From Lama guanicoe (lineage: Eukaryota): 64,000 nucleotides of DNA. Under the pieces are notes generated by a model, which was not told the DNA's origin, made no database searches, and worked only from the letters and a program-made list of their open reading frames with translations. The stretch spans positions 6,459,757 to 6,523,756 of the forward strand of contig MU054187.1 in assembly GCA_013239625.1 (NCBI GenBank), read 5' to 3'. This document shows positions 1 through 12,340 of this stretch, one piece after another; position 1 is the stretch's first letter, and each line of letters begins with the position of its first letter. Both the position numbers and the translations under genes were made by a program.

Positions 1-269
1 ATCAAGAAGAAATGAACAGTATTAGACTGTAGATTAATTACAGGAAAACTTTTTTCTTCTAAAAAGTTCCCATTTGGTGCTACTTTGCAAGTCATATACA
101 TAATTAGCTATATCTTTGAAGATGTCCTTTTAATTGAGCTGATATGTGATCAAAACTCAGCAGCAACCTCAGATCATTTTGATGTGCTATAATTTTTTGG
201 ATAACTTTCTATATGAAATTCACAGTTTTATACAATGTTTCAAAGTGTATCTGTATGTTGGGGATTATA

Positions 270-480
270 TCATTCATTCACTCATTCATTCATTCATTTG
301 TACATTCATTTTTCTATTCAACAAATACTTATTGAACTCCTGTGACATTCAGGCATACTTCTAGGTGCTTGGGAAGCAAGCGCGAACAAAACATTTTCTA
401 CCATGTGGTGCTTATATTCTATTGGAGAGAGAGAGAGACATACACAGATAAGTAAATAACAATGTAACGCTATGTCAGAG
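270..480 (-). mobile_element. L2 LINE 3' end fragment
   Basis: (CATT)n followed by ttcaacaaatacttattgaac..., the reverse complement of the L2 3' tail. Confidence 0.75.
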
Positions 481-759
481 TTGGAAGAATTCTGATAGTT
501 TTAAAGTCCTCTGTAAAATGTACGATAAAAAGATTGCATTAAAATATTTAGTTTTTTAGTAAATATGAAAACAGTAGATAAATATAAGGAAGAAAATCAA
601 GTCTTCCAACTTGGTAAAAACAAATTTGCCTATAATCTCATCATCCTATCCTATGATCTTACCAACCTGATAATGGGGGGGTACTGTATTTGGTATCTTG
701 CTTTTCTTTACTTACCATTTTGTGAGCATGTTTCTTTGTCTACAGTAGTTTTCAAAAAT

Positions 760-1580
760 GTGTTTTTGATGGCTGCAAATACTGTAGGCTATATACAAAA
801 AAAGTGATGCTTTTTATTATTTTGACAATTTCTATGATCATGAATTAAATTTATATACATAAATCTTTATCTGCACATATATTTATATCCCAAGCATAAG
901 GTGCATAAAGTAGAATTATTGGGTCTAAATATATATATATATTATGATACAATGTATGTTGTGAAATAGATTTATAGAAAGGTTATACTTTCTCACCATT
1001 ATCTCAACAATATAAGACATTAAGTGGGTTTCAATCCTCAGCCAAAATTACACTATTTTAAATTACATAACTCTGTTTATATGTGAGATTGATTTTTAAA
1101 TGTATGTTTCTAATGCATTCACCTTTCTTTAGTGAATTCTTTGTCACGTGCTTGTCCTCCTTTTTTTCTCGGAGGCTGACAGTGTTTTTCTTTTGACATA
1201 TGAGATATTTTATGCATGAAACGTACATTTGCTGTGGCGTTTTTCTAAGTGGTCATTTATATTTGTGTTTTTATGATATTTTTACATTCAAAAGTATTTT
1301 TATGCATTAACACTTATTGGCCTTTTTTAAAAATGATTGCTTCTATTCCTCTGGAGCTTAGAAAATCTTCCCTATCCTGAAATCAGTAAAATATTTCTTA
1401 TGTTCTTCTAGTTTTTATTTTATTTTTTTTACTTCTTTAGTTAGCTTTTTAATCTATGTGGAATTTATTTTGGTACGATAGGGCTTAAATTTGAATCTTT
1501 TCCAAATCATTCACTTTCTTACCAACATTTGTTAATAAAATAATCCATCCTTTTCCCCATAGGCTTAGAATACTTTCTCA
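760..1580 (-). mobile_element. Old, highly diverged L1 fragment
   Basis: T-rich tract with antisense L1-like phrases (tatatttcttatgttcttctagtttttat...aatctatgtggaatttattttggta). Confidence 0.55.
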
Positions 1581-1591
1581 TTTGTTAAATT

Positions 1592-1605
1592 CACACACAC
1601 ACACA

Positions 1606-1636
<31 letters not shown>
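1592..1636. repeat. (CA)n microsatellite with one interruption
   Basis: Read directly. Confidence 0.97.
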
Positions 1637-1638
<2 letters not shown>

Positions 1639-1973
1639 GTCTGTTTCAGAGCTTGCATTAGTCTGTTTAAAAGATTTTGTTTTTTAAGGTTCTCTGTGGG
1701 GTTGGGGGAGGGTAACGGTTCCCGGACTTTTTTGTCCCAGATGTTACAAGATTACAGTAATTCTTCGCATTGTCTTGACTGAACAGGGAGAGAGCAACGG
1801 TTCGGAGGCATTTAGGACCCAGGGGAAAGCCAGGCTCTGTATAGAAGGACAGAGTCTCCGGCGCACACGCCTCCTACCAAAATCACAGCCCCTAGGAGCC
1901 GGGGCTCTCATTCACAGCTTTCTAGAGAAATCTGAGCCCGAACCTGCCAGAATAGGAGATCTCACCCACTCAG

Positions 1974-1994
1974 CTCAGCACCGAGGACACCTGC
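1974..1994 (+). promoter_or_regulatory. RE1/NRSE-like REST site, canonical spacing
   Basis: CTCAGCACCGAGGACACCTGC versus consensus TTCAGCACCnnGGACAGCGCC. The left half and GGACA match and the 3' tail is degenerate. Confidence 0.5.
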
Positions 1995-2117
1995 AGAAAC
2001 ACATTCCCAAAGCAAGGCTGGGCGGCCGTGTGAAGGTATTTGTTGCCTTTTTTCTCCCTTCTGTATTTGCAGCGCCTCCCCGCCTTTCCCTGCTCTTGCG
2101 ATCCATGGCTGCGGCGT

Positions 2118-2145
2118 TTCAGCACTTCGGTGCGTGGACAGCTCC
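2118..2145 (+). promoter_or_regulatory. RE1/NRSE-like REST site, extended spacer
   Basis: TTCAGCACT, 9-nt spacer, GGACAGCTCC. Both half-sites are near consensus. Confidence 0.5.
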
Positions 2146-2244
2146 CATCTGCAATCCCTCTGCACGCCATCCCTCTCGCACCCCACTCTCCACCGTCTCC
2201 GTGGTCCATCCTCCTCCCGGCGCCCGTTCAGCCTGCGCTCCTTA

Positions 2245-2302
2245 CACCATCAGCACCCCCATCTCCACCATCACCGTCATGATCTCCACCATCACCAGCG
2301 CC
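2245..2302. repeat. Degenerate (CAC/CAT)n low-complexity tract
   Basis: caccatcagcacccccatctccaccatcaccgtcatgatctccaccatcaccagc. Confidence 0.7.
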
Positions 2303-5300
2303 GTAACTACAGTCAACACAACTGTGTCTTGTCACTTAGACAAAGCCGGAGGTCGGCAGGATAGAGGAAAAGAGCCCAAGTTTTCAGGCACAGGAAGGAA
2401 AGTTCAGGTGGACTACACCCCTGAAAACAAAGAGAGATGCCTGCTTGAGAGAAAGGGAAAGTGAAGACAGGAGAGAGACCTCGGGCGGGGGACAGATGGG
2501 GCACTTGCCAGACACCAGCAGTTAGCCAGCTGCCTTTCAGCAGATTACGGGCTGTTTAGTTCAGGAAATTAACATGGCCTGGGGTATAGTGTTTTTCTGG
2601 TATAACAGATATATAAACTCAATCCATGTTCCTGGTTTTCCAATGGAGAATCACCAGGAAGCAGGGTGGGGGTGACTGATGACTCATATTCACCCCCACA
2701 CCGGTCTTCCTTCCTAAGTGTTTATTGTAGAAACTCTGGAATTAAGTTTTTTACTGAAATGTTTTGTGAAGTGGAGACCCCCAAAGATTAACCCCCAGAA
2801 TAAAAATTAAAATGATGGGGACGATAAAATCTAACAAATGGGGCTCTCATTGGAAAGTGTTCTCTGTCTAAATGTCTCTTTCTGTCTATTTATCTAATTT
2901 CAATTTTCCAATCTTAAACCCCTCTTTGAAGCAGGGAAGATAGATCCCTTGCCCAAATGGCCAAAGTAGTAATGATATTCAGAGCAGATGGCCTGGCTTT
3001 GTTCATCCTAGCCAAGGACTGACTCGGATTTGGAAGGCGAGAATGTTGTGTGCTTTCTCAGTAATCAGGCGATAACACCATTTTCCTATAACAGTAAAGA
3101 GTAATAGAGTGAAAAAAATTGAAAAGGCATTTCATATACTGTGTTCTACCAGGTTTCTGGTTTTAGAGTGCTAAGATTTTCTGTTTCAACTGAAAGGAAG
3201 TTGGAACATCTTCAAATATCTTGAAGGTCCAAACCCAAGTTACAGCACCTCTTTGATGTAGCCAGGATCATCTATTTTATTAGAACTAACAAACCTCAGA
3301 AAAGAAGTGCCTGCACCTGTCATAAATAAAAATCTTTCGGTGGGTACTCATTTAATCAATTATTACTGAAAAGCAAAATGTTGGGGTTTTTTTTTTAGCA
3401 AATTGTTTTTCATAAAATCAGTATCTTCATTAAAAATGAGATGGATCATATTTTCATATGGGAATAATGTCAGGTCACATGTAACAACGAAGTTCAAATC
3501 AGAGTATGGAAAAAGTTGATTTAAAAATTGCCCTTGTACATTTACTCTGCTTCTTTGAAAAAAAAAAAGAAGCAAGTTTTGTCTAAACCAGCTTGGTTAT
3601 CATCAGAGGCACTTTCAAAAATAAAGAATAGGTACAAACAAGGATCTGCTGGAAGAAGTTTTGAGAAAAAATTCCCACCAAATACTTTTCTTGAATAAGG
3701 AACAAGTAGTATTTTGTTAAAAGTTATTTACTGCTGAGAATTAATTCTATCTGCCTCTAAAATTCACTCACTTTTGAACCAAGAAAACTAGGGAAAATAT
3801 TTGGTGAAATGGATTTTAGAGGAGAGTATTTGGTTATCCATAGATTGTCCTTAGATCGATAATATCCACAGTAAACCAGAACTCTCAAGTCCCCAGGCAA
3901 GATGATTCTTAAATCTCCCTTATCTGTCTGCAAAGAATGGCTCAGCCCAGACAATTTTTAAAAGTGTACATATTGCCATCTCTAGCTGCTTTGAACCAGA
4001 AACTCAGGCCAGGAACTAGTGCCTTCAATGCTACTTCTTCCTATGCTTAATAAAATTTCCTGAGGTTGGGGAAATGTCAAAACAATGCTGCTTCAGTGAG
4101 ATTTGCAGACATCTGTCTCAGAAGGGATGCCTTTCTGTGACTGAGATATGCTGAGCTTATTAATTTTTATAGAGTGCTGCTATCCTGGCTGCTTCTTCTT
4201 CTTTTTTAATTAAGGGCTATTTTGCTTTTTTATGTATTTTCAATAACAGAACTTTTTCATTTTTATAATGGAATAAAGGTGAACAGAAAACATATTTTCT
4301 CGCAGAGAGGCACCATACATTTTTGTAGACATGTTCACAGAGGGGTGCATCCTTTTAGAATCATGGAGTATAAAGCTGGAAGGCCCTTCATTTCCCATAA
4401 GGAGGAATTGAGAACTCTTCAGAATTGGTGGTGTCTGTTCACTTCTGCAGGCTTTAGAAAGGGACCCCTCAGTAACCCTGAAAAGTCTATTTACAATTTT
4501 GCACAGTTCCCCAGGGGAGCCATCCTTAGTCAATGGATCCAGGCTGACTTGGCTCTTCTCCTGTTTCTCTTTACATGGTGACTCAGAGGAGGCAGTGGAG
4601 CAGGATGGGTATACAAAGCATGAGGTTTGGTCACATGCAATCAGCCCAGAAATTTCTCTCAAGCCAAGAGGGATCTTTTCCCTCATTACACCTTTCTCCC
4701 AAATTTTGATTGTTTTGATTATTCTTCATTTCATCCAGATTTTACCAGAATAAATTCATTTCAGGAGGAGATTCACAGTATGAATTACTGCAGTGTAGCT
4801 ACTGAGTGTAGCTGCTAATGTTAGCCCCAAGTGTTACATTCCTCTCGAGAAAACTGTGCTTAATTTCCAATCCAAGATTTTCTTAGTTTAATGGAAGTTT
4901 ATCTTCTTTGGCTTGATTCTACATGGATGGGGAAATCAACTGGTCACTCTCCTCTCTAAAAAAAGCTTTCGTTTGTTCAGTTAGCAAGTTCATTATTCCT
5001 CAGTACCTCTGCTGCCTCCCACAGACCGTTATTATATTGTCTCCCACCAGGTAACCCTACGCTCCCCGCTTTACAGGCCCGTTACCATGTGGAAGTGTCT
5101 GTGTGGGAGGCTAATTTTCTATGAGCTTTTCTTCTTCTTGACTTCTGAGCCAGTAGGAACTTCCCCATATGTGTTTGAGATGATCCATCCTTGTCTTCTG
5201 AACCCTTTTAGCCAAATCTCCAATTTGTAGATATTGTGCAGACTGCATTCTCCACCCTCTTCTTCTTAAAATATCACATCAATTCAGCCTCTATTATTGC

Positions 5301-5839
5301 TCAAATGGCTTATGTATAGTTAAGTTCCATATCTGCATGTGTGTCAAGTACATAGGGTATTCAGTGTTCACTATTTTGTAGTTTTGGAGGAAGTAGGAGA
5401 GTACTAGCGGGCCTGGGAATGGCAACTGGGAACTCCAATCCCAGGCTCTACAAATAAAAGGTATTTAGGTTTACGTGCGGTTAAAATAAAACAAAATGAA
5501 CAAAGCATGTAAGACTTTTCTCTTTCCTTTCCTTTCCTTTCTCCTTTTCTTTCTCTGTCTCTCTCACTTTCTCTTGCTCCCTCCCTCCTTCCTTTCTTCA
5601 TTGCTTTTGGTTGGCATATAGAGCGTGCAAGAAGTGTGAGAACAATTAACGGGATGATCTTTTTTGAGTGTCCATGCTCCAAAAGGAAGGGACACATTGG
5701 AGGTGCTTTTGCCTTCCTCTTGGACAAAGTGGCACTGCTGTCCACAGACAGAGTGAGCTCTGAATTCGGGGGTCATTAATCTACTTTCTCAACCCCTTTG
5801 ATTCACTACCAACCTTCTCAATCATTAACGAGCATCAAA

Positions 5840-5962
5840 ATTAACTGGGGATTCTGCTACCCATTCAGCAGGTCTGGGAGGGTCCTGACATCTGCATTCC
5901 TAATGAGCTCCAGGAGCTGCTGATGCTGCGGGTCCACGGACCACACTTTGAGAAGCAATGGC
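5840..5962. mobile_element. MER5-type hAT-Charlie MITE fragment
   Basis: ctgcattcctaatgagctcc...gatgctgcgggtccacggaccacactttgagaagcaatg. Confidence 0.75.
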
Positions 5963-6642
5963 CAAGAACAAATCCCTCCTTTTTTAACATCCCCACCTTT
6001 ATGCCTGATTATTAAATAATCACTCACACTGAAACAAAGCAAAAACCACTCCAAGTTGTGAGACAATAAGAGCTCAGAAATCATAGCTCTAGTTGAGGAG
6101 AAGGTTGTGCAAACAGCCCCTGTCCTCCCACCTCTGCTGCATTTCACCTCCACCCCGAAGTTCTCTTAACTCTGATTCCCGCTGCTTCCACAGTCTGCCA
6201 GGTCACGTCCAGAAAAAGGGTCCCGGTCACACAGATGTGCTGGGAAAAGCAGTGTGGAAAAGGAAAAGGGGACTGGTGGGCTGAACGGCCATCTTTGGGT
6301 GAGCCCTGCCTTTCTTACATTCCTCCAGATCCTCTTTCTCAAAAAGAGTCTATTTTTAGAGAAATACCCTCTTCCAAGGATTTTCTTTTCCTTCCTTTCT
6401 CATTGACACTCCTAAGAGGCACAAGAATCTGTTTTTAAAACTGGGGCACTGACTGCCAATGACTTCTTATGGGGATGTTTAATGGCATAGAAAATCATTC
6501 CAGTTTAATTTCCTATGTCTCAATAATTTTTCCCCCTGTAGACTCTTTGTTTAAAATACAGTGAGGTGTAAGGTAAACACTACTTCAACTAAAAACTTTT
6601 CCACTTGACACAGTAAGGAGGCCGAAAAGCCCCATGCCTTCC

Positions 6643-7036
6643 CTCCCTTTACCTCCTCATATTATTTGCTCCAAAGCAAACTAGAAGGATAAAAGTTGTA
6701 CAGATTGTTCCAGAACAGGACGCCATCCTCCTCTGTTACACGGGTCCACTTCATCTGAGTCCCGGCCTACTCTAATCCTGATCTGGTGTCTGTTTTGGGT
6801 AGTAGTTCTCAGTGTCTCTACTCTGACAGAACTCAACGGGCTGTCTCCCTTTACCTCCTCATATTATTTGCTCCAGAGCAAACTAGAAGGATAAAAGTTG
6901 TACAGATTGCTCCAGAACAGGACGCCATCCTCCTCTGTTACACGGGTCCACTGCATCTGAGTCCCGGCCTCCTCTAATCCTGATCGGTGTCTGTTTTGGG
7001 TAGTAGTTCTCAGTGTCTCTACTCTGACAGAACTCA
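6643..7036. repeat. Direct tandem duplication, about 193 nt x2 (6643-6835 and 6845-7036)
   Basis: Manual alignment shows 4 substitutions and 1 single-base indel, with a 9-nt spacer ACGGGCTGT. Confidence 0.95.
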
Positions 7037-8239
7037 TTCCCATTTACTTTTAATCTTTCTTAAGAGCAAGAGCAAATGGGGCAGATGACTGTGTGCTTAG
7101 TTGCTATTTTAAAGAGAGCCAAAGGAGCCTACAAAATGAGTATTTATGTGGCAAAGGGAAGCCCTGGGCTAGGACTGAGCTAAGAGTGATGGTAAGTTGA
7201 CTACAAGCCAGGGGCTAAATCCTGGCCACGCTACACTTTCAGGTGATTAAGGGTCTCCCCTTAACCCCTCCAGATTGCTCTCCCTGCCCTGGGTGTAGAC
7301 AGTTCGTGCCTGCAAGTTGGCTAATGTTTGATAGAAAGTCGATGGATTGGGGGCCCATCTGTTACTCCCAGGGCTTCTGCTCCTTTGCCTGTGTTTATGC
7401 AGAGAAGTCCTACACGTCCTAATGGTCAGCCTCAAATTCGTCGTTTGAAAATAAGACGCCTTTCTGGTTAGCATCACAGAATGTCGTCATCAGCCAACTC
7501 TGCAGCGCACATATCAGCCCCACTGGCAGTAAGGCGGCATATCGTCTTTCAGGGAAGACTTCAGATCGAATTGTACTTAAAAAAAGATTTTTGCTCACTG
7601 TGATTTTTGATTTCGGTTTTGATACATCAGCAGCCGTCTATTTTTATTTCACTCAGAATAAAAATTCCTTTCAGCATTATTCCTAGGGGAAAATACTTCT
7701 CAGTTAAAAATTTCCAAGTGAGATTTTAGAAAGGTGAAGAGTCATAAGGGTTAAACCTCATTCAATACACATTTAACATCTGGAAACATACCTTTCACAC
7801 TTACTGATGGCTGAGGTAGTCGATTAGACCATCATGTGACATGTTTTATCACTGAGATTCATCCTTCATCTTTTTCTTATAAGAGAAATCCACAAAACAA
7901 ATATGGGTATAGTTTTTCATTTTATATTTGTATTAATATAAATTTACGTGTACTTGAAATTGTTCTTCATAATACTTGGAACACCCAGAAGCAATGCATA
8001 CTTGAGATACTGTTCATCAGTTATTGATGTTCTTGTATTTCAAGTAATATTTAGGCTTTATAGGTTCCATCCTTCTGGTCAGGACAATGATATACTGTTT
8101 TCTCCCAAATTTGGTCAATTTTACATCCCTTATATTTTCTTTCTTAGGACTGATGGGGTGTAGGTCTGTGCCTGCTGTGTGAGTGAGTCTAAGAGAACTG
8201 GTACCCGGTGTGGTATAGAGAAAGTGCCTATGCTGAGAG

Positions 8240-8450
8240 GCAGGGTAGGCTCATGGACAGCACACGGACTTTGGGTCAGGCAGGTCTGCGTGTGAATCTT
8301 TGTTCTTCCAGCTATACTTAATCTATCTAAATCTCAGATTTATCCTTTCATCTAATAAGTAATAACCCAGCTTTGGAGGTTGGTGTGGAGATTAGGTCAT
8401 GTACTATCAAAGCCCAAGGCACATAACAAACACTCAGTGAATGTTTGTTT
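8240..8450 (+). mobile_element. MIR SINE
   Basis: cacacggactttgggtcaggcaggtctgcgtgtgaatc...ctaaatctcagattt...cactcagtgaatgtt. Confidence 0.65.
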
Positions 8451-9749
8451 ATTTTTTCCCTCAGTTTTAATATTAGCTCATTATCCGATTTAAGCCTGGT
8501 GCTTATCTGTTCTAGGTCTCAATATCTTTTTATTTACCTGGAGACAACAAAAATATGGTATCAACAAGAATATTACAGTAAGTGTAAACTGGAGCATTTC
8601 ATTTTCAAAGCACTTTTACCTACATGATTTCCCATGACTCTCAGCATCTCCCAGGGAATTACCTTTCTTCCACCTATTGCCAGATCGCTGCAACAATGAA
8701 AAAAGATAATTGATGTAAAATGTTTTGAAATAATACATATACATATGTACATATTTGTAGATAAGATATTCTTATTACTGTTCTAATTGTTACCACTGTA
8801 TCTAATGTATGTTTCTAAAGATAATAAATAAAGGAGGATAACAGATTATAAAGTAGCCAAAATAGATTTCATTTGAATTATTACACTTTCTGAAATAATT
8901 TTTCCACTTAGATTCCTTGGTTCATAAAGACTAGGATATGTGTTTATAAGTGTGTGTGTGGGAAAATACACTTTCTTAAGACTGAATTCTGTATGAGGAA
9001 ATACACAAATATATTTTTTTCTAGTGGAAATCTGAGATGAAGTAGGAGTCTGGAATCTATGGATGCCACGATTTCAAATGTCATGATATGGAGGCACTTC
9101 TTTCCTCCCCCTCAAACAAAAATACCGCTACCTAAATTTCCAGTTCATTAGAAAAGGCACGGATTAGAAATGGAAGTCAGCTTCTACCTTGGACTTCCCA
9201 GAGAGTGTAGTGAGTTATTCTTTGTGTATTTTGAAGAATCTCTAAACAAAGAATAGTTTAAGATCCAACCATCATTGGGGGAGAGAGTTTCCAGGGCTCA
9301 CATGAATCTGCCTAAAGTACCCTTTTGGAAGATCAAGCACATGTCAGTGCCAGGCCGTGTTTGACACTCTACTAGGCACAGCAAAACATCAGCCCTTCAG
9401 GTAGAATGGCAGGGCCTTTGATCTGTCCTTTCAGTTACAGGAAAATACAGAAAGGAAGAGCACATTTATCAGTGATAGCTGCAAAAAGACACAGATAGCT
9501 AGATCTTAAATAGTTCCAGTCACCCACCGGTGAAATATGAGGACAAGATGGTAACTGGACATTTGTAAGGTATGGTGTTAGGCCACCTAAAAATGTCTGT
9601 TAACCCCTTAGGCACATTTAGGCCTACAGAATGCTAAGTCTGGAAGGAAGTTCTGGAAAGGAGAGTGAGATTCTGAGAGGGAAAGTGACTTGCTAAAGGT
9701 CTCATGTGTCTTAAGTAGTAAATATTAGAATCTCTCCACTACATATGAG

Positions 9750-9990
9750 GGCAGAACAGCATAGCAGTAAAGAGCATAAGGCTGTAGAAATATTACTTAA
9801 GCTTAAACCCAGTTTCTGCCTCTTAGTAACTATGTAACCTAGGGAAAGTCATTTACCATCTCTGTTCCTCAGTTTCTTCATCTGAAAAATGGGGGCAATA
9901 ATATACACATACATTTAAGGATTAAATAATGTAATACATAAAAAGAGAGTATGCAAGTGCCTGGGGGCATAACAAACACAGTTATAATAA
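9750..9990 (+). mobile_element. MIR SINE
   Basis: Core ctatgtaacctagggaaagtcatttaccatctctgttcctcagtttcttcatctgaaaaatgggg. Confidence 0.85.
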
Positions 9991-10824
9991 ATAATAAATT
10001 GAAGCAACTATTATTAATACCACCATTCCTACTTCTTTAAGTGATACCAAGGCTGATGTATCCTTTATACTTGTTTGACCAATTCAGAAAAGTTGAATGA
10101 GAACCAAGTCCTTCATGTGAACAAAAGATTGTTATCAATTGAAAATGCTACACCAGGAGAACATTTTGGTAGAGCACAGCATCTTGAGTGCCTTAAATAT
10201 TATCGGTTGAAGCTGTTATTTAAGTTGCAGTCTATTCAGACTTCTGAAATGAAGGATTTGACTTTCATGGAAAATATCTATTTCATCTTAAGTATGAAAC
10301 TCAGTGACCCTGGCTTGCGTATTCTTCCCAGCAGCTTCTACTGTATGCTGAGCACAGAATAAAGATAGGGATTGAAGCAAATTTATTTCAGAGATTACAG
10401 ATGGGAGGCATAACTATGTGTGGAAGTAAGCCATGAAAAACGCCACCTCAACTCTCCCCTTGAACCCATAGTAATTTATCTTAGAGACATTGTTGAGTTC
10501 CCTGAGCTGTAAGGTAAGTAACTTGCTCCCAGCTGCTTTAAATATTCTGTCAAGGAGGAGCCTTTGCTCTGCCTTGTGCTCTGAGCACCCTGTGTCATGG
10601 CTTGGAACTGTGAACATCACCCAGCATGCTTTCAGGAGGCCACGATCTGAAATACTGAAATACAATGTGTCTCGACTAACATCTCCTAGAAAAAATTACT
10701 TTGTAGCTGAGGGAGGAAATTCAAAGGCAGCTGTAACACCCTCATTTAAGGAAAATAGTCCCAGAGGTACTGGAATAGAAGGGGAAACCACTTACTCACC
10801 CATCGAAACATTTTGACTACTTCC

Positions 10825-12340
10825 TGTATTCATTTGTTCTATATGTATGTATACATATGGCACCTACTCAGTGCAGGCTCTGTTCCAGGCACTGAGGATA
10901 GGCAGTGGACACAGCAAAGCAGCTCTGTTCTGCTCATGAAGCTGACCCTCTGTGTGCCAGGCACTGTACTGGGGATATGCACATGAGTAAGATCCAGATA
11001 ATTAATGAGATTCTGTGCAAGGAGTTCAGAGCAAGGAGAGAGAGAGGAAAATGGCAATAAAATGTGGTGTGCTCAGGGCTGGGGGGCTACCTGTGACCTC
11101 TTAAGTTCAGGGAAGGTTCCTGGATAAAATGATCTCCAGGATGACTCCTCAAGGGTTAAGAGGGGTTAATCAGTGGTCATCCTAGACAAAGAAAGCATCC
11201 TTTGCCAAAACCTGGAGAGGAGAGAAGAAACCACAAGTGTCTCAGTGTGGCTGCATGGCTGGATGGTGAATGTGGACAGACATATAGGGACCAGATGATA
11301 AAGAGTCTTGGAAACCATGCCTCAAAATTTCATACTTCATCCTGGGAAAAAGAAGCTATTGATCAATGTCAATCAAGGAGCGACATGAGTAGATTTCAAC
11401 GTAACATAAAGAATGGACTGGAAAAGGACAAGGCTGGCTGCAAGGGTACCAGAGGGAGAATGTTGCAGGACTAAACAGATGAATGGTGACGTGGCCTAGA
11501 CAAAGATGGCAAAAATAGATGGAAAAGGACTGGGAAGATTTGAGGAATATTACGGCAGTGATTGCCTGGATGTGGGCGGTGAGGGAGAGGGTGGAGTAAT
11601 AGTTGACTCTCAGGTTTCTAGCGTGGGAACTGCACAGAAGACGATGTCAGTCACTAAGAGACAGAGATGGAGGAGCAAATTCAGGATGAGGAACTGTGAT
11701 TGGTTTGGTTTTGAACATACTGAGTTTGTGGTGTCCAGGGGACATCTAAGTAAGCAGTTGGATGTGCAGCCTGAAGATCAGGACAGCACTATGGACTTAA
11801 ATTCTCCACGTGGAGGTGGTCAAATCAAGAGGCAGATTCTGGAAAACAGTACATTGAAGTGGTGAGCACAGAAGCAGAAGGCTGAGCCGGAATGGATAGA
11901 GGTCAGGAGAAAAACAGGGTGTATGGAGTCAGAGAAAAGAGGGGGAGACTGGGAGGGTTTTAAGAAAGATGAAGTCATCAATGTCAAATGCTAACAGAGG
12001 TCACCCTTAATAGGTGACCAGAATTTGCCTATCGGACGTGGCAATAGAAACGTCATTCACTAGGAGAGCGACCCTCCGTCCGGCTTTGCTTGGAACCATC
12101 CCCACTTATGCATGTTGCTCCAGTACTATTATTAGTGCCCCCCTCACTGTTTCCATTTGGGTAATAAATTATACTACCATCCCAGTCATTGGTTGGTGAG
12201 AGCAGTCACAGGTGATTGCAGCGGGTGTAGAGATGAATTCAGGAGGGAGAACTTTTCAAAGAAGGGAACTTTTTGAAGGGTTGTGGTGAGGTTATTAGAG
12301 GAAATTTTGGTGTCAGATGGGCTTTGACTAGATGGGTTTT
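10825..12340 (-). mobile_element. L2 LINE fragments, interrupted by MER94
   Basis: Purine-rich antisense L2 phrases (gttccaggcactgaggata; gactctcaggtttctagc; tttggttttgaacatactgagtttgtggtg; tgtcaaatgct). Confidence 0.75.
12065..12181 (-). mobile_element. MER94-like hAT-Blackjack MITE nested in L2
   Basis: gagcgaccctccgtccggctttgc...tattattagtgcccccctcact...tttgggtaataaattatac resembles the recalled MER94 consensus. Confidence 0.6.

Larger units (their letters stand above)
1780..2500 (+). promoter_or_regulatory. CLVS1: CpG-enriched promoter and probable non-coding exon 1 of CLVS1
   Basis: Sharp rise in GC and retained CpGs against AT-rich flanks, about 11.3 kb upstream of the first coding exon. 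Candidate donor CAG|GTGGAC at 2407/2408. RE1-like motifs fit a neuronal gene. The TSS cannot be placed. Confidence 0.6.

Noticed and set aside
1775..2464. 229-aa ORF, the longest in the window
   Set aside because: It has a TTG start, lies over the GC-rich promoter and a (CAC/CAT)n low-complexity tract, and has no recognisable domain. If its internal ATG 2105 were spliced at 2407 to 13739 it would meet TAA immediately.
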